Origin: Paraspadella gotoi
Taxonomy: Eukaryota > Animalia > Chaetognatha
Length of the DNA: 64,000 bases
NCBI GenBank assembly: GCA_051294375.1
Contig: CM119265.1
Coordinates: 1,174,242 to 1,238,241 of the forward strand
Reading direction: 5' to 3'
Part shown: piece by piece, positions 26,201 to 40,276 of the stretch
Layout of the letters: each line of letters opens with the position of its first letter
Position numbering within the stretch: position 1 is the stretch's first letter
Notes under the pieces: model-generated
What the model saw: only the letters and a program-made list of their open reading frames with translations
Databases searched by the model: none
What the model was told of the DNA's origin: nothing
Made by a program: the position numbers and the translations under genes

Positions 26201-29200
26201 TTGAACAAAAATCACACAAATCAAGAAAAGGAATAATGACCAGAAAGAGAGAGATGAGAGCGAGAGTTAGAGAGATAGGGACGATAAAATGACGGAGAGA
26301 AAACATAATAAACATTTTTTTTTGACAAAAATATGATAATATTTTGTTGAGATAAAAGTTTTACCTGTCTTCGCCTGGATGACCGAGGAAATACGTGAGA
26401 ACCGGGTTTGACCAGAGCGCAAAAAACAAAAAAAAACAGAAGATTGAGGTGAATGGAGGGAAATTAAATACAGAATCTCGAAGGCAAAATTGCCAACAAT
26501 TTGCTCAAAATGAGGCATTCGTTTAGCTTAATATGATTTTATAATTTAAAAACATTTAATAAAAGTACGGAAGACATACACGAATAACAAACTACTTATT
26601 CTACTTCTGAATGTTAAACATTAAACATTACATTACATTACACATTACCTTACACAATTGCCCCAAATCTGTAGCTTAAAAATGGTTGAGAGTTATTTAA
26701 TATTTAGGTCTTCATTGGAATTCGGGCTCAAATGGAATTAATCGGAAAAATCGAAATGTTTGAATTGGAATTTTCAAACTCATTTGCATATTAATTGGGC
26801 TCTCAGGTGATGGAGGGAGAAAAGCGGGAGAGGGGGAGAAGAGGGGTAAGTCGTTCTGGCTCGATAGCGAGGTCCAGGTGATATTTTCCGTTCATTCACC
26901 CTCTAAGCTCTTATAGTGGGGTAGAGGGAGGGAGAGAGGGAGGGAGAGGAGAAAATGAGGAGGAGAGGAGAAAGCGATAGGGAGAAAGGGAGGGGGAGAG
27001 AGAGAAATGAGGAAGAGAGGAGAAAGGAGAGGGAGTAGGGGGGAGAGAGAGGGGTAGAGGAGGGAGAAAGGGGAGGGGGAGAGGAAAAGGAGAGGGAGAA
27101 AAGGAAAGGGAGGGGGAGAGAAAGAAGGGAGGGAGGAGGGGGAGAGGAGAACAGAGAGAGGAGAGAGGTGAAAGGAGGAAAAAGCGGACGGAGGCGAGAC
27201 AGTGTAAAATTAGAGGGAAAAATTAGATTAAAGATATTTATGGAAGAAAGAAAAGCAGAAAGAGAGAGAGATTTTATTGGATTTGATTCTGTAATGCTCA
27301 AAAATTGTAACAGTTAAACACATTACAAAACAATATTGTTATTAGAGCTGAAGAAGATTCCTTAAGGAGGGTTTCTCTGTTTCAGATGAGAACATGTTTG
27401 AGCAGTGCTTATCTCGATCTTTATATAACTAATCCATATATCAAAAGATGAAAATAGAATAATAACTTTATTAAGTATTCATATCCAATAAATCATTGAG
27501 AGACGTGCATTAGCAAGACAGATAAACAACAGAGCCAAGATGCAGCAGCAGCAGAGACGGATGCAGCAACAATAGCAGTAGAAGCGAGACGCAGCAACAG
27601 CTCAAGCTACATAAGAAGCTTAAACTATTAATTTATTCAAGGTAATTTCACAAATATCATTAATACCGATGGTTCAGAGGAATCTCCCAAATTTAAGGAA
27701 TTTACTCTCCTTTCTATACAAGGAAACAACATTATAACAACCAATGAGAGGAGAGTTCCATTTTGAGAATAAAATCAAAACATCTACTAGTTATTAATAA
27801 CCCAGGATTTGAGAGACAGGATTATTCAAATTTCAATGTATAAAAATTCAACCAATTAGAGGCTTTTAAACAGGAACTATTGGATTGGAGTTCATTCAAT
27901 TACACTTAATTCAGATATTTTGAGCCATTAAAAAATAAAAGCCGTTCAGGGCCCAATTCAGATAAAATCATTATCAACTCTTTTAACAGAGCGGGTACAT
28001 TAAATTTATTTACAAACAGACAAAAAGTTATTAAGTCTACATAATTTACACTTATAAAAGTATTTTTAATTTAGTTATTGAGTTATCATCGGGAACCCTT
28101 TTCTTTTTTTCATGTTCCACACCGAACTTACTTTATCAATAACTAAATGTATTTTTCTTAATTAAAAAGATATACTCAAATGGTTGTTTTATATTTTTCT
28201 ATAAAAAGGTTTATACGCTTCCATTTTTCACATAGTTGAGAGAAGAGAGAGAGAAGAGGGAGAAAGAGGAGAATAAGAACAACTTTTTTCCCAAAATGGA
28301 ATAAGGGGAAACTAAATTTATTTATTTTTATAATTGTTACTTTTGTTAAATTTATCAAAATTTATTAATTCTATTTTATTTTAATTTTTATTTAAATTTA
28401 AAATGAAATCAAAGGAACCGAATAAATTTTCCGTTCATTAAAATTCAATTTTTTGGATTGATACACGGATTTTCTGGGGGAAAAAATTTCGTTTCCCAAC
28501 CATAGATTTGGAAAAGTCGAATGATGTGGTCTCTCTCTCTCTCTCTCTGCTCTCTCTCCCCCTCTCTCTTTTTCATTTATATCTTGATTTTGTTTCATAA
28601 TAGTTTTCTTGTTTAGTTTTAAGCAAATACAGCGTAGTGAAAGGTAACGTTACAAACTATAAAAGGCAACTTATGAACAATTAATTATGTAGAAAAAGAT
28701 TTATTCATTGTTTTATTAATTTGTTGCAGTAGGGCTATATTTTCATATTATAAAATCGAAAAAGTTTAAAAAAGGCTTTTCTTAATTTTTGATTTGGAAA
28801 CATTTGAATTCCTCGTCAAAAGTAGCTGATATAAGAAAATTATAAATCATTTTTTTAAAAATTCTTTCCAATAAGTCGGGTTTTTAAAAATTAAAAATCT
28901 ATATTTAACATTATATAAAATTTAAATTTTCAGCCTTAAAAATATAGGTTTTTCTGATATTTGGACCTAATTTATAAATAATTTTTTAAAAAAAAGTTAT
29001 ATTTCTTTATATCAAACTTTTCATGCAAATCCAAATCTACAAAAAAAATCTTACAAAAAAACTATTGAAATTTAATATTTATTGAATTGTACTGTGTATA
29101 AATATGGCCTACTGCGGTAAATTTAGATATATAAAAATTTTTATACATAAATGTTTCATTAGTTATTAGTGTTGTTCGTTACTCAATTTTAGAATTTTTA

Positions 29201-29454
29201 ATTAGAAAAAAAACAAATTTTCGGTGGAACAAATAAATAATTTATTAACATAAAATTGGACATTATTTCGGCTTTGTTCTCAAGTTTAAATTTTTAGAAT
29301 TTTTACTACGCTTTAATAAGCAATTATCACTCCCTTTTTATTTGTTTTTTTCTCTTCTCCCCTTTTTTCTCCCCCTTCCTTCTCTCCCTCACTCCTCTCT
29401 CCCTTCCTCATCCCTCTCCCTCTCTTCCCTTCTTATCCCTCTCTCTCTCCCTCG

Positions 29455-29572
29455 CACACGGAATCCCAAGAAAGTGAAGGAAAAACTCAGTTTCCAATTT
29501 TTTGTTTCGCGTCGACTTTTTTTTTCCTTTTGAACTTTTTGTTCGACTCTGGAGTCGCCCGAGTTTTTAGAG
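29455..29572 (+). CDS. hil: Inverted duplicate of hillarin exon 33456-33571
   Basis: KKVKEKLSFQFFVSRRLFFSF with indels. Lies in the left palindrome arm. Confidence 0.55.
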
Positions 29573-29855
29573 GTTAAGGATCGAGTTTTTAGAGGTAGGA
29601 TTCGAGTTTTGGAGGAAGGATCGAGTTTTTAGAGTAAAGGATCGGAGTTTTTGGAGGGAAGGATCGAGTTAGAGTAAGGATCGAGTTTTTGGGGGAAAGA
29701 TCGAGTTTTAGGGTACAGGATTCGAGTTTTTAGAGGTTAAAGGATCGAGTTTAGAGGTAAGGATCGAGTTTTTGGGGGGAAGGATCGAGTTTTTTGGAAG
29801 GAATTGATCGGAGTTTTTTAGAGGTAAGATCGAGTTTTTGGGGGAAGATCGAGTT
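29560..29855 (+). repeat. 21-bp minisatellite (cgagtttttagag|gtaaggat), mirror of 33134-33468
   Basis: Tandem units are visible directly. Confidence 0.9.
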
Positions 29856-30528
29856 TATTGATAATAATCCGTTATTTTTAGTTAAGGATTGGAAGTTTAT
29901 TTTTAAGGAAAGAACCAAGATTTTTTATTTTTTTAGGGATTAAATAAAAGGCGACATTTAAAGGGAGAATAGAAGGACGTCGGGTGGACGCTGGACCTAC
30001 TTAAGACTGACTGAGAGCGGACGTGGACTGACCGACTAGTGACCGCCGACGAAGGGAAAAAAAGGCGGACGGACAATTTATGTTTTGTTCGAAGCAAAAA
30101 CTCGTTAATCAGGATTAGTTTCTGGGCTTGAGTTGTTGTTGTTGTTTGTTGTTGTTGTTGTTGTTGTTGTTGTTTTTTGTCATGTTGTCGGCTTTATTTT
30201 TTTTTGATGCTTTAATTATTTTATTAAAAAATCTTTTGTGTATTGTTATATTTTGTTTCGCAATTTTTGATTCCATTAAATCAGCAAAATTTGTTTTTGT
30301 TGATGCATTAAAATGAAAGGATAACGACAACCAAAAGGAGTAACAACAACATTAACCTGACCGTACAACATGAACTCGATTCTGAAACAACATAAAACAC
30401 CATAGTTCGAAAGCTTAAGTCAGCCATAAAGCCTTATTTATGCTCTCTTTTTTCTGCTCTCTCCTCTCCCTCTCTCTCTCTCTCCCTCACTCACTCTTCT
30501 CTTCTCCCTCTCTCTCTCTCTCCCTTTC

Positions 30529-30594
<66 letters not shown>

Positions 30595-31038
30595 TCCTCC
30601 TTCTTTTTTATTTTGACCTCAGATGAAGATTTGTCACTCAAAGGTACGCGATTTCAGACCAAAAAAAAGTGTTATATTTTTTTCTTTCTTTTTTCTTTTT
30701 TTTTAATTTTAGTATTCTTCCCATTTTTTTTTCAAAAACCGACAAACCAATATTTCATGTGTAACTTGACAACATTCATTAGTTTATACAAAAATAACAA
30801 AAAAAACCAGCTTGTTCTTTGTTTTAAAGGCCTTATAAGCTTATCGCTTGCAGATGCTAATAGAAATAGCTACAGAACAGTTATTAATAGTTCTTTTTTT
30901 GAAGTATACTAGCCAATCAAAGACCAACTCTGAAATTGGTTAAAATAAAAGCTAATATTTTAATTTGAAGCTCTTTGCCTCACTGACACCAGTCTCAAAT
31001 TATTCCTCTTCTCTCTTCTCTCTCTCTCTCTCCTTCAG

Positions 31039-31190
31039 ACTTTGGAACCTTACTTTTCACTTACCCGCTATTATGAGGCTGAGTTCAAAGAGGCACGACT
31101 AATATCGACGACGACGACGACGAACGACGACAGCGCTTACTTCAATATTGGCTCTTTGCTGGATATATGAAAAGGAGCGGACTTAATGCG
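31039..31190 (+). CDS. hil: Hillarin exon present only in the inverted arm (TLEPYFSLTR...DDSAYFNI); noisy
   Basis: Acceptor ccttcag, phase 0, continuing FLE|. Resembles the L.KY/F...DD...F.I segment of the Ig-like repeat. The corresponding position in the other arm is gap 31647-31964. An in-frame stop is probably a sequencing error. Confidence 0.45.
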
Positions 31191-31471
31191 TAGACGACGA
31201 CGACGACGACGACGACGACGACCGACGACGACTTTTTAAAAGTTCGTACTCGAAAATGAGATAATAGATTCTGAGAAAAACTACAACACATGTTTTGGGA
31301 TTTTATTGGCTTTTGACGATTTGTTGAGAGAGAAGGAGAGAGAGAGAGAGAGCAGAGGAGAGAGGAGACGAGAGAGAGAGAGAGAGAGAGAGAGCTCATT
31401 TTTGGGACGATCCTTTAGTCGCAACTACTATCATTTATTTTCAACCTCAACTCGCATTAATATCTCTCTCT

Positions 31472-31518
<47 letters not shown>

Positions 31519-31614
31519 AGGTNNNNNNNNNNNNNNNNNNNNNNNNNAAATCCCAAACATGTGTTGTAGTTTTTCTCAGAATTATTATCTCATTTTCGAG
31601 TTACGACTTTTAAA

Positions 31615-31646
<32 letters not shown>

Positions 31647-32374
31647 NNNNNNNNNNNNNNNNNNNNNNNNNNNNNNNNNNNNNNNNNNNNNNNNNNNNNN
31701 NNNNNNNNNNNNNNNNNNNNNNNNNNNNNNNNNNNNNNNNNNNNNNNNNNNNNNNNNNNNNNNNNNNNNNNNNNNNNNNNNNNNNNNNNNNNNNNNNNNN
31801 NNNNNNNNNNNNNNNNNNNNNNNNNNNNNNNNNNNNNNNNNNNNNNNNNNNNNNNNNNNNNNNNNNNNNNNNNNNNNNNNNNNNNNNNNNNNNNNNNNNN
31901 NNNNNNNNNNNNNNNNNNNNNNNNNNNNNNNNNNNNNNNNNNNNNNNNNNNNNNNNNNNNNNNNGAGAGAGAGAGAGAATAATTTGAGACTGGTGTCAGT
32001 GAGGCAAAGAGCTTAATTAAAATATTAGCTTATTATTTTAACCAATTTCAGAGGTTGGTCTTTGATTGGCTATGTATCTTCAAAAAAGAACTATTAATAA
32101 CTGTTTCTGTAGCTATTTCTATAGCATTGGCAAGCGATTAAAGCTTATAAGGCCTTTAAAAAAGCAACAAGCTGGTTTTTTTTGTTATTTTTTTATTAAA
32201 CATATGATGTTGTCAAGTTACCCATAAATATTGGTTTGTCGTTTTTGAAAAAAAATGGGAGAAAACTAAAAATTAAAAAAAAGAAAAAAAGAAAGAAAAA
32301 AAATATAACACTTTTTTGGTCTGAAATCGCGTCTGAGTGACAAATCTTCATCTGAGGTCAAAATAAAAAAGAAG

Positions 32375-32409
<35 letters not shown>

Positions 32410-32819
32410 GAGAGCAGAGGAGAGAGAGAGAGAGAAGACGAGGAGAGAGAGAGAGAAAAGGGAGAGAGAGAGACGAGGGAGAGAGAGAAGAGTGAGTGAG
32501 GGAGAGAGAGAGAGAAGGGAGAGGAGAGAGCAGGACGAGAAACACGAAGAGCATAATAAGGCTTTATGGCTGACTTAGCTTTCGACTATGGTGTTTTATG
32601 TTGTTTCAGAATCGAGTCTCATGTTGTAACCGGTCAGGGTTAATGTTGTTGTTACTCCTTTTGGTTGTCGTTATCCTTTCCATTTTATTGCATCAACAAA
32701 AAACAAATTTGCTGATTTAATGGAAAACAAAATATACGAAACAAAATATAACATACACAAAAGTTTTTAATAAAATAATTAAAGCATTAAAGAAAAATAA
32801 ATGACAAACAAATGACAAA

Positions 32820-32861
<42 letters not shown>

Positions 32862-33133
32862 CTCAAGCCTCAAGAAACTAATCCTGATTAACGAGTTTTT
32901 GCTTCAACAAAACATAAATTGTCCGTCGCCTTTTTTCCTTCGGTCGGTCAGTCACTAGTCGGTCAGTCACGTCCGCTCTCCGTCAGTCTTAAGTCGGTCC
33001 AGCGTCACCCGACGTCCTTCTATTCTCCGCTTTATGTCGGCCTTTTATTTAATCCCTAAAAAAATAAAAATCTTGGTTCTTTCCTTAAAAATAAACTTCA
33101 TCCTTAACTAAATAACCGGATTATTATCAATAA

Positions 33134-33468
33134 AAACTCGATCTTTCCCTCCAAAAACTCGATCCTTACCTCTAAAAACTCGATCATTCCTTCCAAAAAC
33201 TCGATCCTTCCCTCCAAAAACTCGATCCTTACCTCCTAAAATTCGATCCTTACCTCTAAAAAACTCGATCTTCTTCCCTCCACACACAAGACTCGTATCT
33301 TACTCTAAAAAACTCGGAATCCTTACCCTCTAACAAACCTCGATCCTTACCTCTAAAAATACTCGATTTCTCCTCCAAAAACTCGGATCCTTACTCTAAA
33401 ACTCGATCCTTCCTCAAAAACTCGAATCGCTTACCTCTAAAAACTCGATCCTTACCTCTAAAAACTCG
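33134..33468 (-). repeat. 21-bp minisatellite at the 5' end of a hillarin intron, each unit carrying GAG|GTAAGG or a variant
   Basis: Plus strand shows repeated aaaaactcgatccttacctct. Confidence 0.9.
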
Positions 33469-33571
33469 GCGACTCCAGAGTCGAACAAAAGTTCAAAGGA
33501 GAAAAAAAGTCGACGCGAAACAAAAAATTGGAAACTGAGTTTTTCCTTCACTTTTTGGGGATCCGTTGTTG
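33456..33571 (-). CDS. hil: Hillarin exon, third KY-type Ig-like repeat (DPQKVKEKLSFQFFVSRRLFFSFELLFDSGVAEFLE)
   Basis: Acceptor after a (CT)-rich tract, donor gtaagg, phase 1-0 and 116 nt, matching paralogous exon 46577-46692. Resembles recalled hillarin LELQFRMSRPL. Confidence 0.65.
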
Positions 33572-34434
33572 CTGAGGGAGAGAGAGAGGGATAGAGAGGG
33601 ATAGAGAGGGAGAGGGTGAGAGGGAGAGAGTGAGGGAGAGAGGAAGGGGGAGAAAAAAGGGGAGAGAGAAAAAACAAATAAAAAGGGAGATGTAATTGCT
33701 TATTAAAGCGTAGTAAAAATTCTAAATTTAACTTGAAGAACAAAGCCGAAATATGTCCAAATTTTATGTTAATAAAATTATTTTATTGTTCCACGAAAAT
33801 TTGGTTTTTTCTAATTAAAATTCTAAAAGTGAGGTACGAACAACACTATACTAATGAACATTTATGTATAAAAATTTTTATTATAAATCTTACAATTTAC
33901 GCAGTAGGCCATATTTATACACAGTACTAATTCAATAAATATTAAAATTTCAAAATAGTTTTTTTTGTAAGATTTTTTTTGTAGATTTGGATTTGTCATG
34001 AAAAGTTGATATAAAGAAATATAACTTTTTTTTAAAAATTATTTTATAAATTAGGTCAAATATCAGAAAAACCTATATTTTAAGCTGAAAATTTAAATTT
34101 TATATGTTAAATATAGATTTTTTAATTTTTAACCGACTTATTGAAAGAATTTTTAAAAATGATTTATATTTTCTTATATCAACTTTTGACGAGGAATTCA
34201 AATTTTCCATCAAAATTAAGAAAAGCCTTTTTTAAAATTTTTCGATTTTATATATGAATATAGCCTACTGCACAAATTAATAAACATGAAATAAATCTTT
34301 TCTACAAATTAATGTTCATAGTTGCCTTTTATAGTTTTTGTACGTTACCTTTCACTACGCTGTATTGCTTTTAAACTAAACCAAGAAAACTATTAATGAA
34401 ACAAAATCAAATATAAATTGAAAAGAGAGAGGGG

Positions 34435-34465
<31 letters not shown>

Positions 34466-37437
34466 ATCATTCGACTTTTCCAAATCTATGGTTGGGAAAC
34501 GAATTTTTTTCCCCCAGAAAATCTCGTTATCCAAAAAAATTTGGATTTAATGAAGGAAATTTTATTCGGTTCCTTTGATTTCATTTTAAATTTAAATAAA
34601 AATTAAATATATAGATTTAATAAATTTTGATAAATTTAACAAAAGTAACAATTATAAAAAATAAATAAATTTAGTTCCCTTATTCATTTTGGGAAAAAAG
34701 TTGTTCTTATTCTCTACTTTCTCCCTCTCTCTCTCTCTCTTTCTCTCAACTATTGTGAAAAATGGAAGCGTATAAACTTTTTATAGAAAAATATAAAACA
34801 CCATTTGAGTATATCTTTTTAATTAACAGAGAAAAATTACATTTAGTTATTGATAAAGTAAGTTCGGTGTGGAACATAAAAAAGAAAGGGTTCGATGATA
34901 ACTCAATAACTAAATTAAAATACTTTTATAAGTGTAAATTATGTAGACTTAATACTTTTTGTCTGTTTGTAAATAAATTTATGTACCGCTCTGTTAAAGA
35001 GTTGATAATGATTTTATCTGAATTGGGCCCTGACCTTTTATTTTTTAATGGCTCAAATATCTGAATTTAAAGTGTAATTGAATGACTCCAAGTCCAATAG
35101 TTCTGTTTAAAGCCTCTAATTGGTTGAATTTTATACATTGAATTTGAATATCTGGTCTCTCATTGGTTATTAATAACTAGTAGATGTTTTGATTTTATTC
35201 TCAAAATGTGAACTCTCCTCTCATTGGTTGTTATAATGTTGTCCTTGTATAGAAAAGGAGAGTAAATTCTTAATTTTTGGGAGATTCCTCTGAGACCATC
35301 AGGTATTAAATGATATTTGTGAAATTACTTGAATATATTAATTAGTTTAAGCTTTTATGTAGCTTTGAGCTGTTGCTGCGTCTCGGCTCTACTGCTATTG
35401 TTGCTGCATCTCGTCTCTGCTGCTGCTGCATCTTGGCTCTGTTGTTTATCTGTCTTGCTAATGCACGTCTCTCAATGATTATTGGATATTGAATACTTAA
35501 TAAAGTTATTATTCTATTTTCATCTTTTGATATATGGATTGAGTTAATATTAAGTCGAGATTAAGCACTGCTCAAACAATGTTCTCATCTGAAACAGAGA
35601 AACCCCCTTAAGGAATCTTCTTCACGCTCTATAACAATATTTTTTGTTAATGTGTTAACTGTTACATTTTTGAGCATTACAGATCAAATCAAATAAAATC
35701 TCTCTCTCTTTCTGCTTTTCTTTCTTCATAAATATCTTATCTAATTTTTTCCCTCTATTTATACACTGTCTCGCTCCGTCCGCTTTTTCCTCCCTTTCAC
35801 CTTCTCTCCCTCTCTCTGTTCTCCCTCTCCCCCTCTCCCTCCCTTCCTTTCTCTCCCCCTCCCTTTCCTTTTCTCCCTCTCCTTTTCTCCCCCTCCCTTT
35901 CTCCCTCCCTCTACCCCTCTCTCTCCCCCCCCTTACTCCCTCTCCTTTTCTCCCTCTCTTCCTCATTTTCTCTCTCTCCCCCTCCCTTTCTCCCTATCCT
36001 TTTCTCCCTCTCCTCCTCATTTTCTCCCTCTCCCTCCCTCTCTCCCTCCCTCTACCCCACTATAAGAGCTTAGTAGGGTGAATGACGGAAAATATCACTG
36101 GGCCTCGCTATCGAGCCAGAACGACTATACCCCTCTCTCTCCCTCTCCCTTTCTCCCTCCATCACCTGAGAGCCAATTAATATGCAAATGAGTTTGAAAA
36201 TTCCAATTCAACATTTCGATTTTTCCGATTCAATTCATTTGAGCTTCGAATTCAATGAAGACCTAAATATTAAATAACTCTCAACATTTTTAGCTACAGA
36301 TTTGGGGCATTGTGTAAGGTTTAATGTGTAATGTAATGTAATGTTTAATGTTTACATTCAGAGTAGAATAAGTAGTTTGTTATTCGTGTATGTCTTCGTA
36401 CTTTTATTAATGTTTTTTAAATTATAAAATCATATTAAGCTAACGTATGCCTCATTTTGAGCAAATTGTTGCAATTTGCCTGAGATTCTGTATTTAATTT
36501 TCCTCCATTTCACCTCATCTTCTGTTTTTTTTTTGTTTTTTGTCGCCTGGTCAAAACCCGGTTCTCACTGTATTTCCTCGGGTCATCCAGGGCGAAGACA
36601 GTAAAACCTTTTATCTCAACAAAATATTTCATATTTTGTCAAAAAAAATGTTTTTATGTTTTCTTCCGTCATTTTTATCGTCTATCTCTCTAACTCTCGC
36701 TCTCTCTCTCTCTTTCTGTCATTATTCCTTTTCTTTGATTTGTGTGATTTTTGTTCAAAATTCTAAAAGTTTATTTCGCTTTTTTGACAAAAACAAAAAT
36801 GAGTTCACTGTTTTGTTTTTTAGTTTCAACAAAGAAAACAGTTAAAAAAAAAGAAAACAATGAAGATCTTAAACTGGAGACCGAGAAGAAGAAGAAGAGA
36901 GAGAGAGAGAGAGAGAAAGAAAGAAGCCACAAATGAGGTCGTCAAAAATTCATGTATAAAAATCTTTTGCCCCAAAACAAAAATTCGAAATTGAAATCTT
37001 TCACTCGATTTCTGAATTGGGATCTTGAATAAAAGATAAATAAATAAATAAAGAAATAAAACATTTAAATAAATAAATAAATAACGAAATTAATTAAAGA
37101 ATAAATAAATAAAAATAAATAATTAAATAAATAGATAAATATATAAATAAATAAATAAATAAATTTTAAAAAATATTTACATTAATAAATAAATACATTA
37201 ATAAATAAATACATTTTATGAAATTAAAACCATAATTAAAAAATAAAATTTCGACAAACTTCGTCTTGCAATCAACACTGCACAGTTTTGCGAAAAATCA
37301 ACGTCGCGTGATGCAAACTTGCAATTCGATTTTCCCTCCAGCGACCATCTGAGTCGCGAGGGAAAGTTGAGAACTGGTCAACCTTGAAAATCTCACCTTG
37401 GGTGATGATTAGATGATGATGACGATGATGATTATTA

Positions 37438-37470
<33 letters not shown>

Positions 37471-37778
37471 ACCAACAAGTCTGTCCTCGGGAGGTTTTGC
37501 CAAATTTTTATTTGTGTTGAAGTTTATGAGAAAATTTTAAATTATTCTTTTTATTTTTTTTCTTTCAGAAAAAGTAGGATTGTTTCTGATTTAAAACTGA
37601 CAATGATAGCATCTCAAACTTTTTCTTTTATGTATCTGTATCTTTTAAACGAATTTTGATTTGGAAAGACCTCGACTTTGACTTGACTTTGAAGGACACA
37701 ACCGAAAATTATTTCTCGAATGTCATTTTATAATTTATACATTTTGCTTGTTGTTATCCTCGGTTGTATCAGTAAGGA

Positions 37779-37839
<61 letters not shown>

Positions 37840-39114
37840 CCTTCATCTAATAATATTGGTCGTAGTCGATGCTGTCGCTAATATCGTGTTGTTGTTGTTA
37901 TTGTTGTTGTTGTTGTTGTTGTCTCTGGTTTCGTCCCACGTTTTCCGGATTCAAAAGAAAAGAAAATCGATATTCGTGAATCTTGGGTCGAGAAAATCGA
38001 AAAGGGAAGGGAAGGTGGGAGGGAGAGGGGAGAGGGAGAGAAGAGAGGGAGAGGGAGAGAAGAAGGGGAGAGGGGAGGAGGGGAGAGGGAGAGAAAGAAA
38101 GGGGAGAGGGAGAAGGGAGAGGGGAGAGGGAGAGAGGATAGGGGAGAGGGAGAGGAAGAGAGGGGAGAGGGACGAGAAGAGAGGGGAGAGGGGAGAGGGA
38201 GAGAAAAGAGAGGGAGAAAAGAGGTGAAGAAAAGTAATCAGAAAGAAGATAACTGAAACTGAAAAGAAGATAAAGAAAAGTTGGGTAGACAATAGTCAGG
38301 TTGATTACAATTTGGAAAAAGAAGACTGACTGACTGATCTTGGAAGAAATAATGAAAGAAAGAAGAAGGAAGTGAAATGTAAAATATTTGAGAAGAAAAG
38401 GAAAGAAAAATATTTTTAAAAAAAGATTAAAAATAATAACTGAAAAATTAATAAGATTAACAGAATGGAATGAAAAAGATTAGAAAGCCATGAAAATAAG
38501 AAATTAAAAATTAAAAATATTTAAGGAGATTAAAGGGGTCAGGATTACAAACGAGCGGGTCGAGATTAGAAGTGGTCAAGTCAAGAATAAATGAAGAGAG
38601 GTTAGGGTTAAAGATGAGCCAAGATAAAAAGATTAAATAAGGAGTCAAGTCAAAATAAAGAAATAAAGAAATTATGAAATAAATAAATGAAGAAATAAAT
38701 AAATTATAAATATATAGATATATAAATAAATTGGAATCAACATTAAATACGAACAGTAAACAGTAAACAGTAAAAGACGAGTCGAACTGAAAGTTAGTGC
38801 GGTCATCATAAAAGGTCAGGAAAGGAAAAACCTGTCCCCACTTTTTCTCACGTGAGAATCTTGGACTCTTGAGTGGAATTCCATGTGAAGACATTTTGGA
38901 ACCGAAACACATTTGGGGAAAGATTAATTTTATGACCCGAGACGTTAACTTCGAGGGTCGATGTTATTTTGTGTCATAAAAAAGAAATATGTTATGAGAT
39001 AAGTCAAAATATGTTTGATCTCAAGAAAGTTTCTATATTATATTAGATTATAGATTTTATAACCATAAAATGTTAGATTCATATGTGTTTACTTATTAAG
39101 CTTAATAACTATTC

Positions 39115-39431
39115 AGGATCTTGCCGCTCTCTTTGGACAGGCTTTGGCTGTTTAAGGTCTCCATCACACTTACAAGATAATAACATAGCAAGATAATAAC
39201 ATAGCAGGACCCTGAGAGTTTTTAATCAAGACTTTTTAATCAATACTTTATCACAGTCTCGTATATTACCCCCTCGATTGCCCAGCTACCATATCAATGA
39301 AGTACTATAAAGCTATAAAGCCTGGTGCTTTAGTAGTTATTCAATTAGTCTTGATTGAAAGCTTGGTAGGACCTGCTTGTAAGGTAGGTCCTGCTCGCTT
39401 GGTCCTGCTATGTAATTATCTTGTAAGATGG
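39115..39431. mobile_element. Inverted-repeat (MITE-like) element; mirror copy at ~23480-23815
   Basis: cttacaagataataacatagca...ggacc (39169-39210) versus ggtcctgctatgtaattatcttgtaag (39401-39427). An independent copy lies at ~19145-19255. Confidence 0.55.
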
Positions 39432-39604
39432 ATAAAGGCGTCAACCTAACATAACATAACATAACATAACATAACCTGAGAGGCGAGATATGTTAAATTA
39501 ATGTATTCATACATATCAAACGCTTTATTCGATTAAAGAGGAGAGAAGCAAATATAAATCAGGAAAGCGTTTGTTTGAAAGACAATGAGTTGATTGAAAC
39601 TGGC

Positions 39605-39740
<136 letters not shown>

Positions 39741-39966
39741 TAGTGAGGAAGAATCCATCTCTAAAGTGGACGGATCTCGCGTCTTAACGAGTTGATTCGA
39801 CCTCCAGACGTCATAGTGGTTGTCGTCGTCGTTGTCGACGTCGTCGTCGTTGTTGTCGTTGTCGTCATCGTTTTCGTCGTCATCGTCGTCGTCGTCCTTA
39901 GGTTTGACCGGTGACCTCGGTTGACCTTTTAAGTTCGTTTTTCTTGTAGGTCGATCGTTAACATAT

Positions 39967-40007
<41 letters not shown>

Positions 40008-40276
40008 GATGATGATGCAGAAAATAATCAGGACTTTGGTTGATGCTAAAATATTGACAAAATCTTAAATTTTCATGGTGAAACTAATATATAATAACAA
40101 ATAATAAATAAACTATTTTTCGCCTCCTTGGTTGAAACAGGTTAAATGGGGTAACAAGGCCTTTTTACAAAATAATAACGTTGTAGAATCTTTTTTGTCA
40201 ATAACGGGACATTTACTAATAGAATGGCAATATATTTTAACTCAGCATTACCTATATTTGTATGTTATTCTTTTTA

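Noticed and set aside
29560-29855. CRISPR-like appearance of the 21-34 bp repeats here and at 43654 and 62350
   Set aside because: Head-to-tail units with no unique spacers, a eukaryotic context and no cas genes.
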